A DNA stretch of 35,419 nucleotides, taken from NCBI GenBank assembly GCA_964554505.1, contig CAZKOU010000001.1:13060-48478 (forward strand), given 5' to 3'. Positions 16,223 through 24,647 of the stretch are shown here, piece after piece (within the stretch, counting starts at the first letter, position 1; each line of letters opens with the position of its first letter). This DNA comes from an uncultured Candidatus Saccharibacteria bacterium (lineage in GTDB: Bacteria > Patescibacteriota > UBA1384 > CAZKOU01). The translations under genes were made by a program, and so were the position numbers. Below the pieces are notes generated by a model that saw only the letters and a list, made by a program, of their open reading frames with translations, did not search any database and was not told the origin of the DNA.

Positions 16223-17176
16223 ATGAAGATTTCAGAAGCCATTCGTCAATTTTTAGAACACTCTGAAATTGAAAAGGGGCGCTCTTTTCTCACTATTCGC
16301 AATTATCAACACTATTTAGAGCGATTTTTAAAATTTTTAGAAAGCGAAGAAACCGAGAAAAAAATTGAAACAGCCGAAGAGATTGACTTGGAAACCATAC
16401 GTAAATTTCGGCTTTATCTTAATCGTTTAGGCAAGGAGGGTCTCTCCAAGTCCACTCAAAACTATCATCTTATTGCTCTTAGGGCATTCCTGAAATATTT
16501 AGCCAGCCGCGACATTAAAAGTTTGTCGCCGGAAAAAATTGACTTAGCCAAAACCACTGAACGCGAGATTACTTTTTTAACCAGCGAAGAAGTAGAAAAA
16601 ATGATGGAAGCAACAGAGCCATCGAAAAATATCATCGGCTTGCGCGACCGGGCAATTTTGGAAACCCTTTTCTCAACCGGTCTGCGCGTTTCTGAATTAG
16701 TGGCTCTGGCCAAAGACCAAATAAATCTGGAAAGCGGCGAATTTTCCGTCAAGGGCAAGGGCGGAAAAATCAGAGTGGTCTTTCTTTCGCCGGAAGCCAA
16801 AGAGTGGCTGACTAAATATCTAAATAAAAGGACTGACGGGGCTGTCGCGGTTTTTGTGCGCCACGGACGTAAAAAAGAAATCTTGTCCACCCAAACCAAG
16901 CTTAATTTAACGCCCCGCACTATTCAAAGAATTGTCAAATATTACGCTAAAAAGGCCGGTCTGACCAAGGATGTCGTAGTCCATTCAATGCGCCATAGTT
17001 TTGCCACGGACTTACTTACTTCTGGCGCGGATTTAAGAAGCGTCCAGCAACTTTTGGGCCATGCCTCCATTACCACGACCCAAATTTATACTCACATCAC
17101 CGACCCTCAACTGCGTGAAGTCCACCAAGCATTTCATGGACTAAGAAGAAAAAAGGAGCAAGCCAAAAAAGAATAA
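16223..17176 (+). CDS. Tyrosine site-specific recombinase, XerC/XerD type
   Basis: N-terminal SAM-like core-binding domain. Catalytic residues: GLRVSEL (Arg), HSMRHSFAT (HxxR), LLGHASITTTQIYTH (His, Tyr). Confidence 0.9.
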   Translation: MKISEAIRQFLEHSEIEKGRSFLTIRNYQHYLERFLKFLESEETEKKIETAEEIDLETIRKFRLYLNRLGKEGLSKSTQNYHLIALRAFLKYLASRDIKSLSPEKIDLAKTTEREITFLTSEEVEKMMEATEPSKNIIGLRDRAILETLFSTGLRVSELVALAKDQINLESGEFSVKGKGGKIRVVFLSPEAKEWLTKYLNKRTDGAVAVFVRHGRKKEILSTQTKLNLTPRTIQRIVKYYAKKAGLTKDVVVHSMRHSFATDLLTSGADLRSVQQLLGHASITTTQIYTHITDPQLREVHQAFHGLRRKKEQAKKE

Positions 17177-17178
17177 TT

Positions 17179-18099
17179 ATGAGCTTATCCATAGGCATAG
17201 TCGGTCTTCCCAATGCTGGCAAATCAACGCTTTTTAATGCTTTGGTTAAGAGTCATCTCTGCCTCGGCTCGACAGTTGAGTCGAGACGGGAAGCCAAAGT
17301 TGCCTCGCATCCTTTCACCACTATTGAGCCCAATATTGGTATAGTTGAAATCCCGGATGAAAGGTTAGATAAAATTGCCCAACGCTTAAATATCACCCGG
17401 AAAATTCCCGCTGTGATTAAATTTATTGATATCGCCGGCTTAATTAAAAACGCGAGTTTAGGCGAGGGGCTGGGTAATCAATTTTTAAGCCACATTCGCG
17501 AAGTTGACGCTCTTATCCACGTTATCCGCTGTTTTGAAGACCAAAATGTGCCTCACATCCACCAAAAAATTGACCCAAAATACGACCGGGAAATTATCAA
17601 TTTAGAATTAGAGCTGGCTGGAATCAAAAAACCCACACTCTCTATATATAATGTAAGCGAAAACCAAATAAAAAATTATTTACCTGACAATGACGGCTGT
17701 TTATCAATTTGCGCCAAATTAGAAAGTGAACTAATCGACCTCTCCCCCGCTGAACAGCGGGAATATCTTAAAGGCCTGGGCCAAAAAGAAAACGCTTTGG
17801 AAAAATTAATTCAAAAATCCTATCAACTTTTAGGACTGATTACTTTTTATACTTTAAAGCCGGACCAAATGCAGTCCTGGGCAGTTAAAGAAGGCGCTTT
17901 AGCGCCAATGGCCGCGGGCAAGGTCCACACTGACATGGAAAAAGGATTTATTGCCGCGGAAATAATCAATTGGCAAGAGTTACTCAAATATAATTCATGG
18001 CCAGGGGCCAAGACAGCCGGCGGGATTCGCACTGAAGGCAAAAATTATCAAATTCAAGACGGGGACGTAGTTCTTTTTAGATTCTCAACCGCCTCTTGA
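17179..18099 (+). CDS. ychF: Ribosome-binding ATPase YchF (short form)
   Basis: GLPNAGKSTLFNA P-loop, TTIEPN, DIAGL, and C-terminal AAGKVHTDMEKGFIAAEII. Confidence 0.85.
   Translation: MSLSIGIVGLPNAGKSTLFNALVKSHLCLGSTVESRREAKVASHPFTTIEPNIGIVEIPDERLDKIAQRLNITRKIPAVIKFIDIAGLIKNASLGEGLGNQFLSHIREVDALIHVIRCFEDQNVPHIHQKIDPKYDREIINLELELAGIKKPTLSIYNVSENQIKNYLPDNDGCLSICAKLESELIDLSPAEQREYLKGLGQKENALEKLIQKSYQLLGLITFYTLKPDQMQSWAVKEGALAPMAAGKVHTDMEKGFIAAEIINWQELLKYNSWPGAKTAGGIRTEGKNYQIQDGDVVLFRFSTAS
17645..17657 (+). repeat. Copy 2 of the exact 13-mer TATATAATGTAAG (inside ychF)
   Basis: Read directly from the sequence; again encodes YNVS in frame. Confidence 0.95.
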
Positions 18100-18230
18100 A
18101 CGATTTCCAAATTACAGCTTTTATGCTTGCGGCACCAGTCCTGGCATTCTTTGGCCTTGCTCTGAATAAAATAATGAAAGCCGCACTCCCTGCATTGATA
18201 TAATTGTTTTTCATTTGTTTCTTTAGTCAT
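18054..18230 (-). CDS. Candidate 58-aa Cys-rich (zinc-ribbon-like) protein, absent from the ORF track
   Basis: Translation: MTKETNEKQLYQCRECGFHYFIQSKAKECQDWCRKHKSCNLEIVQEAVENLKRTTSPS. It starts 5 nt after the PEBP stop. Its last 46 nt overlap the convergent ychF 3' end. Confidence 0.4.
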   Translation of the reverse strand: MTKETNEKQLYQCRECGFHYFIQSKAKECQDWCRKHKSCNLEIVQEAVENLKRTTSPS

Positions 18231-18235
18231 TTTAA

Positions 18236-18676
18236 TTATGGCCTCTTGTAAAGCCCGATTAATTCGGCTTGCTCTAAAATATGCCCATCCATCTCTTTTT
18301 CCAAGTCCTCTTTTGAAGTGGAAGCAGGTAAATCCAAGACACTATCCAGGGCATAAAGTTTAAAAAAATAACGATGCTCGCCGAAGGGCGGACAGGGGCC
18401 TCCAAAACCCGGTTTATTATAACTGGTTTTTCCTTCCACTGCCCCGACTGGCACACTGTTTTCAGCAATTTCGGCTGTCTTTGTTTCTATATTCCAAATC
18501 GTCCAATGCGCCCATGTGCCGGCCGGCGCATCAGGGTCGTCCACAATCAAAACCAAACTCTGCGCACTTTCAGGAACATCGGAAATTAAAATAGGCGGAT
18601 TTGTATTCTCGCCATCGCAGGTATACTTGGCCGGAATACTTTCGTTATGATTAAAAACCGGGCTTTGAATCTTCAT
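18236..18676 (-). CDS. PEBP/YbhB-family (Raf-kinase-inhibitor-like) protein
   Basis: DDPDAPAGTWAHW and GPCPPFGEHRYFFKLYAL motifs. I prefer the MKIQSP start at 18676, which has TATAAT 10 nt upstream, over the ORF-track start at 18724. Confidence 0.85.
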   Translation of the reverse strand: MKIQSPVFNHNESIPAKYTCDGENTNPPILISDVPESAQSLVLIVDDPDAPAGTWAHWTIWNIETKTAEIAENSVPVGAVEGKTSYNKPGFGGPCPPFGEHRYFFKLYALDSVLDLPASTSKEDLEKEMDGHILEQAELIGLYKRP

Positions 18677-18698
18677 TGACAATTTCATTATAAAACCC

Positions 18699-18727
18699 TT
18701 GCCAAAAAAACAAAAGTATAGCATAAT
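18699..18727 (+). promoter_or_regulatory. Sigma70-like promoter (TTGCCA-N17-CATAAT) for rpsF-ssb-rpsR
   Basis: The -10 hexamer ends 11 nt before the rpsF ATG, implying a very short leader. Confidence 0.45.
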
Positions 18728-18738
18728 AAAAGCGGATT

Positions 18739-19164
18739 ATGTCTTACCAAATCACCCTCATCACTCCCAAGGAAGAAAATGTCGCTGCTGCTCTTTTAGA
18801 AATTGAAAAACTTAACGGCAGGATAGAAAAACAACAATCCTTGGGTGTAAAAAAATTGGCTTATCCCCTCAAAAAAGAAACTGAAGGCCATCTTGCTTCT
18901 ATATTTTTTGAAATGGAGCCGCAAAATTTAAAACGTCTCCATGAACGGCTTTTGCTTTTACCTTCAATTCTTCGTTATCTTATTGCCAAAAACAAAAAAA
19001 TACAGATAAGCGCCGAGACGGAAGAAGAAAAAGTCGCCTTGCCCGCTTTACTTCTTAAAAAAGAAAAAGTCGTGGAGAAAAAAGAGGGGTCCGCAGAAAA
19101 AGTAACTGAAAAAGAACGCTTACAAAAATTAGAAGAAAGGTTAGAGGAAATCTTAAAGGAGTAA
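18739..19164 (+). CDS. rpsF: 30S ribosomal protein S6 with a charged C-terminal extension
   Basis: YQITLI...KLAYPL S6 core; position upstream of ssb and rpsR. Confidence 0.85.
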   Translation: MSYQITLITPKEENVAAALLEIEKLNGRIEKQQSLGVKKLAYPLKKETEGHLASIFFEMEPQNLKRLHERLLLLPSILRYLIAKNKKIQISAETEEEKVALPALLLKKEKVVEKKEGSAEKVTEKERLQKLEERLEEILKE

Positions 19165-19167
19165 AAT

Positions 19168-19674
19168 ATGGCATTTTCATTAAACCGCGCTCAAATTATC
19201 GGCAACTTAACCCGCGACCCGGAATTGCGCTATATTCCTTCTGGTCGGCCCGTGGCTTCTTTTGGGGTCGCCACGAATCGGCGCTGGAAAGACCAAAGTG
19301 GCGAAATCAAAGAAGATGCTCAATTTCACGATGTCGTGGCTTGGGGCAAACTAGCCGAAATTTGCAATCAAATTCTGAAAAAGGGCAATAAGGTCTATGT
19401 AGAAGGACGTCTGCAAACCAGAAACTGGGAAGCGGCTGATGGCAGCAAGAGACAAAAAACCGAAATTATAATGGAAAACTTTGTCGCCTTAACGCCCAAA
19501 GGAGCTCCCTTGGGCGTTGATATTGAAACCGAGAATATAGAAGCGCCGACAGAAAAGGAAAGTGCAAAACCATCCGAAAGCGCTAAAACCGATGCTAAAA
19601 CCGAAAAAGAGACGACTAAAAAAGGAGAGGAAAAAACTGAAGAGGAAGAGTCGTTAGACGAAATTCCATTCTAA
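19168..19674 (+). CDS. ssb: Single-stranded DNA-binding protein
   Basis: NRAQIIGNLTRDPELRY OB-fold start, acidic tail ending DEIPF, AAGGAG SD upstream. Confidence 0.9.
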   Translation: MAFSLNRAQIIGNLTRDPELRYIPSGRPVASFGVATNRRWKDQSGEIKEDAQFHDVVAWGKLAEICNQILKKGNKVYVEGRLQTRNWEAADGSKRQKTEIIMENFVALTPKGAPLGVDIETENIEAPTEKESAKPSESAKTDAKTEKETTKKGEEKTEEEESLDEIPF

Positions 19675-19679
19675 AAAGT

Positions 19680-19886
19680 ATGAGAATAAAAAAGAGTTGT
19701 CCGCTTTGTCGGCAAAAAATTAACAAAATTGACTATACTAATACGGCGCTTCTGCAACGTTTTCTTTGGCCATGGCAAAAAATAAAACCAAACAGCAATA
19801 CTTATCTATGCGTCAAACATCAAAAACATATTGCCAGCGCCATTAAAACCGCCCGCCAAATGGCTTTATTGCCCACTAAACCCTAA
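19680..19886 (+). CDS. rpsR: 30S ribosomal protein S18
   Basis: CPLC...IDYTN...LQRF...KIKP...T.LC.KHQK.IA.AIK.AR.MALLP pattern. Confidence 0.9.
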   Translation: MRIKKSCPLCRQKINKIDYTNTALLQRFLWPWQKIKPNSNTYLCVKHQKHIASAIKTARQMALLPTKP

Positions 19887-19893
19887 ATTTTCT

Positions 19894-20397
19894 ATGCTCA
19901 TTTTGGCTTCTGCATTTATCGGATTGCCGGTCATTTCTCTTACTTGGGAAAGAAAAGTGGCCGAAATTGAGGATATTATTATGGAACCCAAAAACGGTGA
20001 ATTATTGGGCTTTGAACTCAAAAAAAAGTTATTTTCCCCTCCCCTCTTTTTAGCCAGCAGTGATATTGAAGAAGTGACCAAAGAAGCAATTTTCATACGC
20101 CAAAGCGATGCTGTTGTTGAAAAAAAAGAAATCCCCCGTTTAGCCGAAGCGCTGCAAAAAAAAATTAAATTCAAAAATCTAAAAGTGATTACTGAATCCC
20201 AAAAAACAGTTGGGCGCTTAGAGGATTTATTAATAGACCTACCTTCTAAGTTGACCCTTAAATATTATGTCAAAGGATTTTTTGAATCGCGAATTATTCC
20301 CAAGGAATTAGTCGTCAAAATTACTCCCAAAGCAATGGTGGTGCAAGATGAGGTCTTGGATGGTAAAATAGAATTAGCCGCGCACGGCGCGGCTTAA
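19894..20397 (+). CDS. PRC-barrel domain protein (two repeats)
   Basis: GLPVISL...VAEIEDIIMEPKNGELLGFEL and a second VGRLEDLLID unit. ATG at 19894 avoids the overlap with rpsR implied by the ORF-track start. Confidence 0.55.
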   Translation: MLILASAFIGLPVISLTWERKVAEIEDIIMEPKNGELLGFELKKKLFSPPLFLASSDIEEVTKEAIFIRQSDAVVEKKEIPRLAEALQKKIKFKNLKVITESQKTVGRLEDLLIDLPSKLTLKYYVKGFFESRIIPKELVVKITPKAMVVQDEVLDGKIELAAHGAA

Positions 20398-20412
20398 ATT
20401 AAAAAGTGGCAA

Positions 20413-20661
20413 ATGACTGAAAACAAATTGGGCGAAAACATTGAAAAACTAACCCTGGCCACGGAAAAATTAGTGCGCAGAACTTCTCTTTGGTACGGTT
20501 TTTGGCATGGTATTTTAGTGGGCATCGGCTCCACTTTGGGGGTAGTCATAATTTTAACAGTGGCAATCTATTTCTTAAATAAACTTGTTTTTGTGCCTGT
20601 TTTAGGACCAAAGCTTCAGCAAATCCTCTCTATTTTTGAACAAGCCAAAACCATCCGATAG
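20413..20661 (+). CDS. Small membrane protein, unknown function (DUF5665-like by recollection)
   Basis: 82 aa with a soluble N-terminal helix and then one or two TM segments (WYGFWHGILVGIGSTLGVVIILTVAIYFL). Confidence 0.5.
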   Translation: MTENKLGENIEKLTLATEKLVRRTSLWYGFWHGILVGIGSTLGVVIILTVAIYFLNKLVFVPVLGPKLQQILSIFEQAKTIR

Positions 20662-20686
20662 TTTTTCCTTTTTTAATAGTTTTTTC

Positions 20687-22312
<1,626 letters not shown>

Positions 22313-22361
22313 TTACTCCTGTAAATATACTAATTGTACGGATTTGTACTATTTGTATGAT

Positions 22362-22649
22362 TTATTCAATAATTCCTAAGATATCTTCTTCTTTAATGAT
22401 TTTTAATTCTTCGCCATCTATTTTAATTTCGTCGCCCGCGTATTTTGAGAATAAAACGGTTTGCCCTTCCTTTACGGTCAATGATTCTAATTTCCCCTCT
22501 ACTCGCTTCCCTTCACCCACAGCCAAAACCTTTCCTTCCTGGGGAGTTTCTTTGGCTGTATCCGGTAAAACAATGCCGGCCGGAGTTTTTTCTTCGCCTT
22601 TTAGCGGTCTTACCAAAACCTTATCGTAAAGTGGTTTGATTTGAGTCAT
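22362..22649 (-). CDS. groS: Co-chaperonin GroES (10 kDa)
   Basis: IKPLYDKVLV...GIVLPDTAKE...GKVLAVG pattern; immediately upstream of groEL. Confidence 0.95.
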   Translation of the reverse strand: MTQIKPLYDKVLVRPLKGEEKTPAGIVLPDTAKETPQEGKVLAVGEGKRVEGKLESLTVKEGQTVLFSKYAGDEIKIDGEELKIIKEEDILGIIE

Positions 22650-22661
22650 CTTTACCTTTCC

Positions 22662-22680
22662 CCGAAGGGATAACCTTCGG
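22662..22680 (-). promoter_or_regulatory. 7-bp hairpin abutting the groES Shine-Dalgarno sequence
   Basis: mRNA sense: CCGAAGG-UUAUC-CCUUCGG, directly followed by GGAAAGGUAAAG-AUG. Confidence 0.5.
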
Positions 22681-22743
22681 CTGGAATTAAATGGAATTAA
22701 AAAAACTTAAACCCTCCCGTTTTGCCATCTTGCGGCTTAAGTA

Positions 22744-22783
22744 TGGCAGTAGTAAGGAAGGGGGATATCCTTTGCTACTGCCA
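22744..22783 (-). promoter_or_regulatory. Inverted repeat at the predicted 5' end of the groES transcript (operator or leader hairpin; not CIRCE)
   Basis: Perfect 9-bp arms TGGCAGTAG / CTACTGCCA separated by 22 nt, with extra internal AGGA/TCCT pairing. Confidence 0.5.
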
Positions 22784-22789
22784 CATATT

Positions 22790-22819
22790 AAAATAGCACA
22801 AAAACTAAAATTTTGTCAA
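22790..22819 (-). promoter_or_regulatory. Sigma70-like promoter (TTGACA-N18-TATTTT) for groES-groEL
   Basis: -35 TTGACA at 22819-22814 and -10 TATTTT at 22795-22790 on the minus strand. The -35 lies in the last codons of the upstream gene. Confidence 0.45.
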
Positions 22820-23455
22820 GCCCCCACCCTTCAAGGGGTGAAAGCAAAGTTCTTTATCCGAAATCCTAATTTTACCCGGGGGTGCGGTTTGATAACGCGC
22901 GTCTCTTAAAATGCGATTTTTTTGATAATACCTTAATTTATTTTCCAACCAATCCCCAATCGAGACATCTAAAATCATCTCCCCCGCTCCCCGCACGCTC
23001 CCTAATAAAAAATTGTTCACTAATTTAAAATTCCTTGCTGGAAAACGAAAGTTAAATTTTTTCATCCACTGATTGACCACGACATATTTTTGATAAACAG
23101 AATCAGCGTCAAAAATAGGCACTAAACTGGAAAAAACCTTGGCGTGATATTCATTATGCGGCTGAATGTCTAAAAAACTGCTTGCTTGATAACGGTTAAG
23201 GCAAATACGACCGGCGACTTTCTGACCATAACGCCTTTGCCCGGTAAAATGAACGAGCAAGGTAACCAAAAAACGGCAAGTAAAGATACGGCCCGGCTTG
23301 GTAATAATTAAAAAATCAATGTCCGAGGCGGGCTTTAACTCGTTGGTGGTTAAAGAGCCGTTGACGCCAATCAACCTTATATAAGGCACTATCTGTAAAA
23401 GCCAAGCCACCCATCTTGCTTTGCGCCAATAACTTTTTTCCAGTTTCTTTTCCAT
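22805..23455 (-). CDS. Pol-beta-superfamily nucleotidyltransferase-domain protein, unknown substrate
   Basis: GVNGSLTTNELKPASDIDFLIIT matches the GS-x(n)-DxD NTase signature. I prefer the ATG at 23455, because the ORF-track start at 23536 would overlap divergent trpS. Confidence 0.6.
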   Translation of the reverse strand: MEKKLEKSYWRKARWVAWLLQIVPYIRLIGVNGSLTTNELKPASDIDFLIITKPGRIFTCRFLVTLLVHFTGQRRYGQKVAGRICLNRYQASSFLDIQPHNEYHAKVFSSLVPIFDADSVYQKYVVVNQWMKKFNFRFPARNFKLVNNFLLGSVRGAGEMILDVSIGDWLENKLRYYQKNRILRDARYQTAPPGKIRISDKELCFHPLKGGGLTKF

Positions 23456-23484
23456 TTCTTCTCTATTATAGCAAGACAGGATAT

Positions 23485-23497
23485 TATATAATGTAAG
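23485..23497 (+). promoter_or_regulatory. Copy 3 of TATATAATGTAAG, acting here as the probable -10 element of trpS
   Basis: TATAAT at 23487-23492 lies only 9 nt before the trpS ATG (23502). No usable SD spacing. Confidence 0.5.
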
Positions 23498-23501
23498 CAG
23501 G

Positions 23502-24479
23502 ATGAGAAAACGCGTGCTTTCGGGCATCAGACCCACTGGCGAACTGCATTTGGGAAACTATTTAGGCGCCATCAGGCAGTGGATAGATTTACAGCATAAA
23601 TACGAATCTTTTTTTATGGTGGCTGATTTACACGCCATTACTTCCGACTTTGAACCCAAAAATCTGCAAAAATTGATTTACGAATTAGTGGCTATTTATC
23701 TAGCGGCTGGCTTAGACACCAAAAAAGCAATGATTTTTGTACAATCCCATATCCCCCAAAATACCGAGTTGGCTTGGCTTCTTTCCACCTTAACTTCATT
23801 TGGCGACTTGAACAGAATGACGCAGTTTAAGGAAAAATCCCAAAAAGAACAGCCCCATAATGTCAATGCTGGACTCTTTAACTATCCTCTTTTAATGACC
23901 GCGGATATTATTATTTACAAAGCAGATTTAGTGCCAGTGGGCGAAGACCAGGTCCAACACATTGAATTGGCGCGCGCCATTGTTGACCGTTTTAACCGTC
24001 TCTACGGCCGCTTTTTTCCTAAACCACGGCCCTTATTAACTAAGGGGGCGCGAATTATGTCTTTAAACAATCCTAACCGAAAAATGGCTAAATCCGTATC
24101 AGGAAGTTATATCTCGCTTTTGGATTCGCCTGCAGTGATTAAACAAAAAATTATGTCAGCCGTAACCGACACAAAACCGGGCAAGAAGATGAGCGGGGGT
24201 GTAAAAAATTTATTTACTCTCCTTAATATTTTTGCAGAGCCCGCAATGTATGAATCATTTAAGGAAAAATATCAAAAAGGAACAATCAAGTATTTAGAAT
24301 TAAAAAAACAATTAGCCGAAGATATTATCCGCGGTTTAGCGCCTTTGCAGAAAAATTTTATCAAATTAAAAAATGACCAAAAATATCTCAAAAAAGTGAT
24401 TGGAGGCGGAGACCAAAAGGCGCGCGTCATTGCCGCCGCCACCCTTTTGGAAGTTAAGAAAAAAATGGGACTCATCTGA
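23502..24479 (+). CDS. trpS: Tryptophan--tRNA ligase
   Basis: SGIRPTGELHLGNYLGA (HIGH region), VPVGEDQVQHIELAR, and KMAKS (KMSKS region). Confidence 0.95.
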   Translation: MRKRVLSGIRPTGELHLGNYLGAIRQWIDLQHKYESFFMVADLHAITSDFEPKNLQKLIYELVAIYLAAGLDTKKAMIFVQSHIPQNTELAWLLSTLTSFGDLNRMTQFKEKSQKEQPHNVNAGLFNYPLLMTADIIIYKADLVPVGEDQVQHIELARAIVDRFNRLYGRFFPKPRPLLTKGARIMSLNNPNRKMAKSVSGSYISLLDSPAVIKQKIMSAVTDTKPGKKMSGGVKNLFTLLNIFAEPAMYESFKEKYQKGTIKYLELKKQLAEDIIRGLAPLQKNFIKLKNDQKYLKKVIGGGDQKARVIAAATLLEVKKKMGLI

Positions 24480-24513
24480 AAACCAGAAAGCCCCGCGATA
24501 AAAATAGCGGGGC
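24476..24513 (-). terminator. Rho-independent terminator for the minus-strand pmm transcript (the hairpin may also serve trpS)
   Basis: GCCCCGC-10 nt-GCGGGGC stem (24490-24513). On the minus strand it is followed by UUUCUGGUUUUC. There is no U-tract on the plus strand. Confidence 0.6.
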
Positions 24514-24647
24514 CTCGATGATGGCAGGCGAGATTCGGAACTAAACATTTATTGCCCATAGGGCATAGAGCTGCCGCTTTGAGCTAATGATGTTTAATCC
24601 CCCACCTCCCATTCTCTTTTTTAGTTTAAAAAAAATGATTTCCACAA

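Noticed and set aside
16223-17176. Tyrosine recombinase as the integrase of a mobile element or genomic island.
   Set aside because: The domain layout and size fit chromosomal XerC/D. I saw no flanking direct repeats, tRNA gene, phage genes or transposase genes. The neighbours are housekeeping genes.
22650-22804. Canonical CIRCE/HrcA operator upstream of groES.
   Set aside because: No sequence resembling TTAGCACTC-N9-GAGTGCTAA is present on either strand. The inverted repeat that is present has unrelated arms and a 22-nt spacer.
22691-22909. 72-aa plus-strand ORF in the groES leader region.
   Set aside because: It overlaps the 3' end of the NTase gene and the groES promoter/leader. It has no SD and the translation is not protein-like.
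24272-24559. 95-aa and 60-aa minus-strand ORFs overlapping the trpS 3' end.
   Set aside because: They are antisense to a well-supported trpS and span the terminator hairpin. There are no motifs or SD.
24514-24647. tRNA, SRP (4.5S) RNA or other known small RNA gene.
   Set aside because: No cloverleaf fits: there is no 7-nt anticodon loop or GTTCGAATC-type T-arm. No SRP domain IV motifs are present either. GTTCCGAATC is only a superficial T-loop resemblance.
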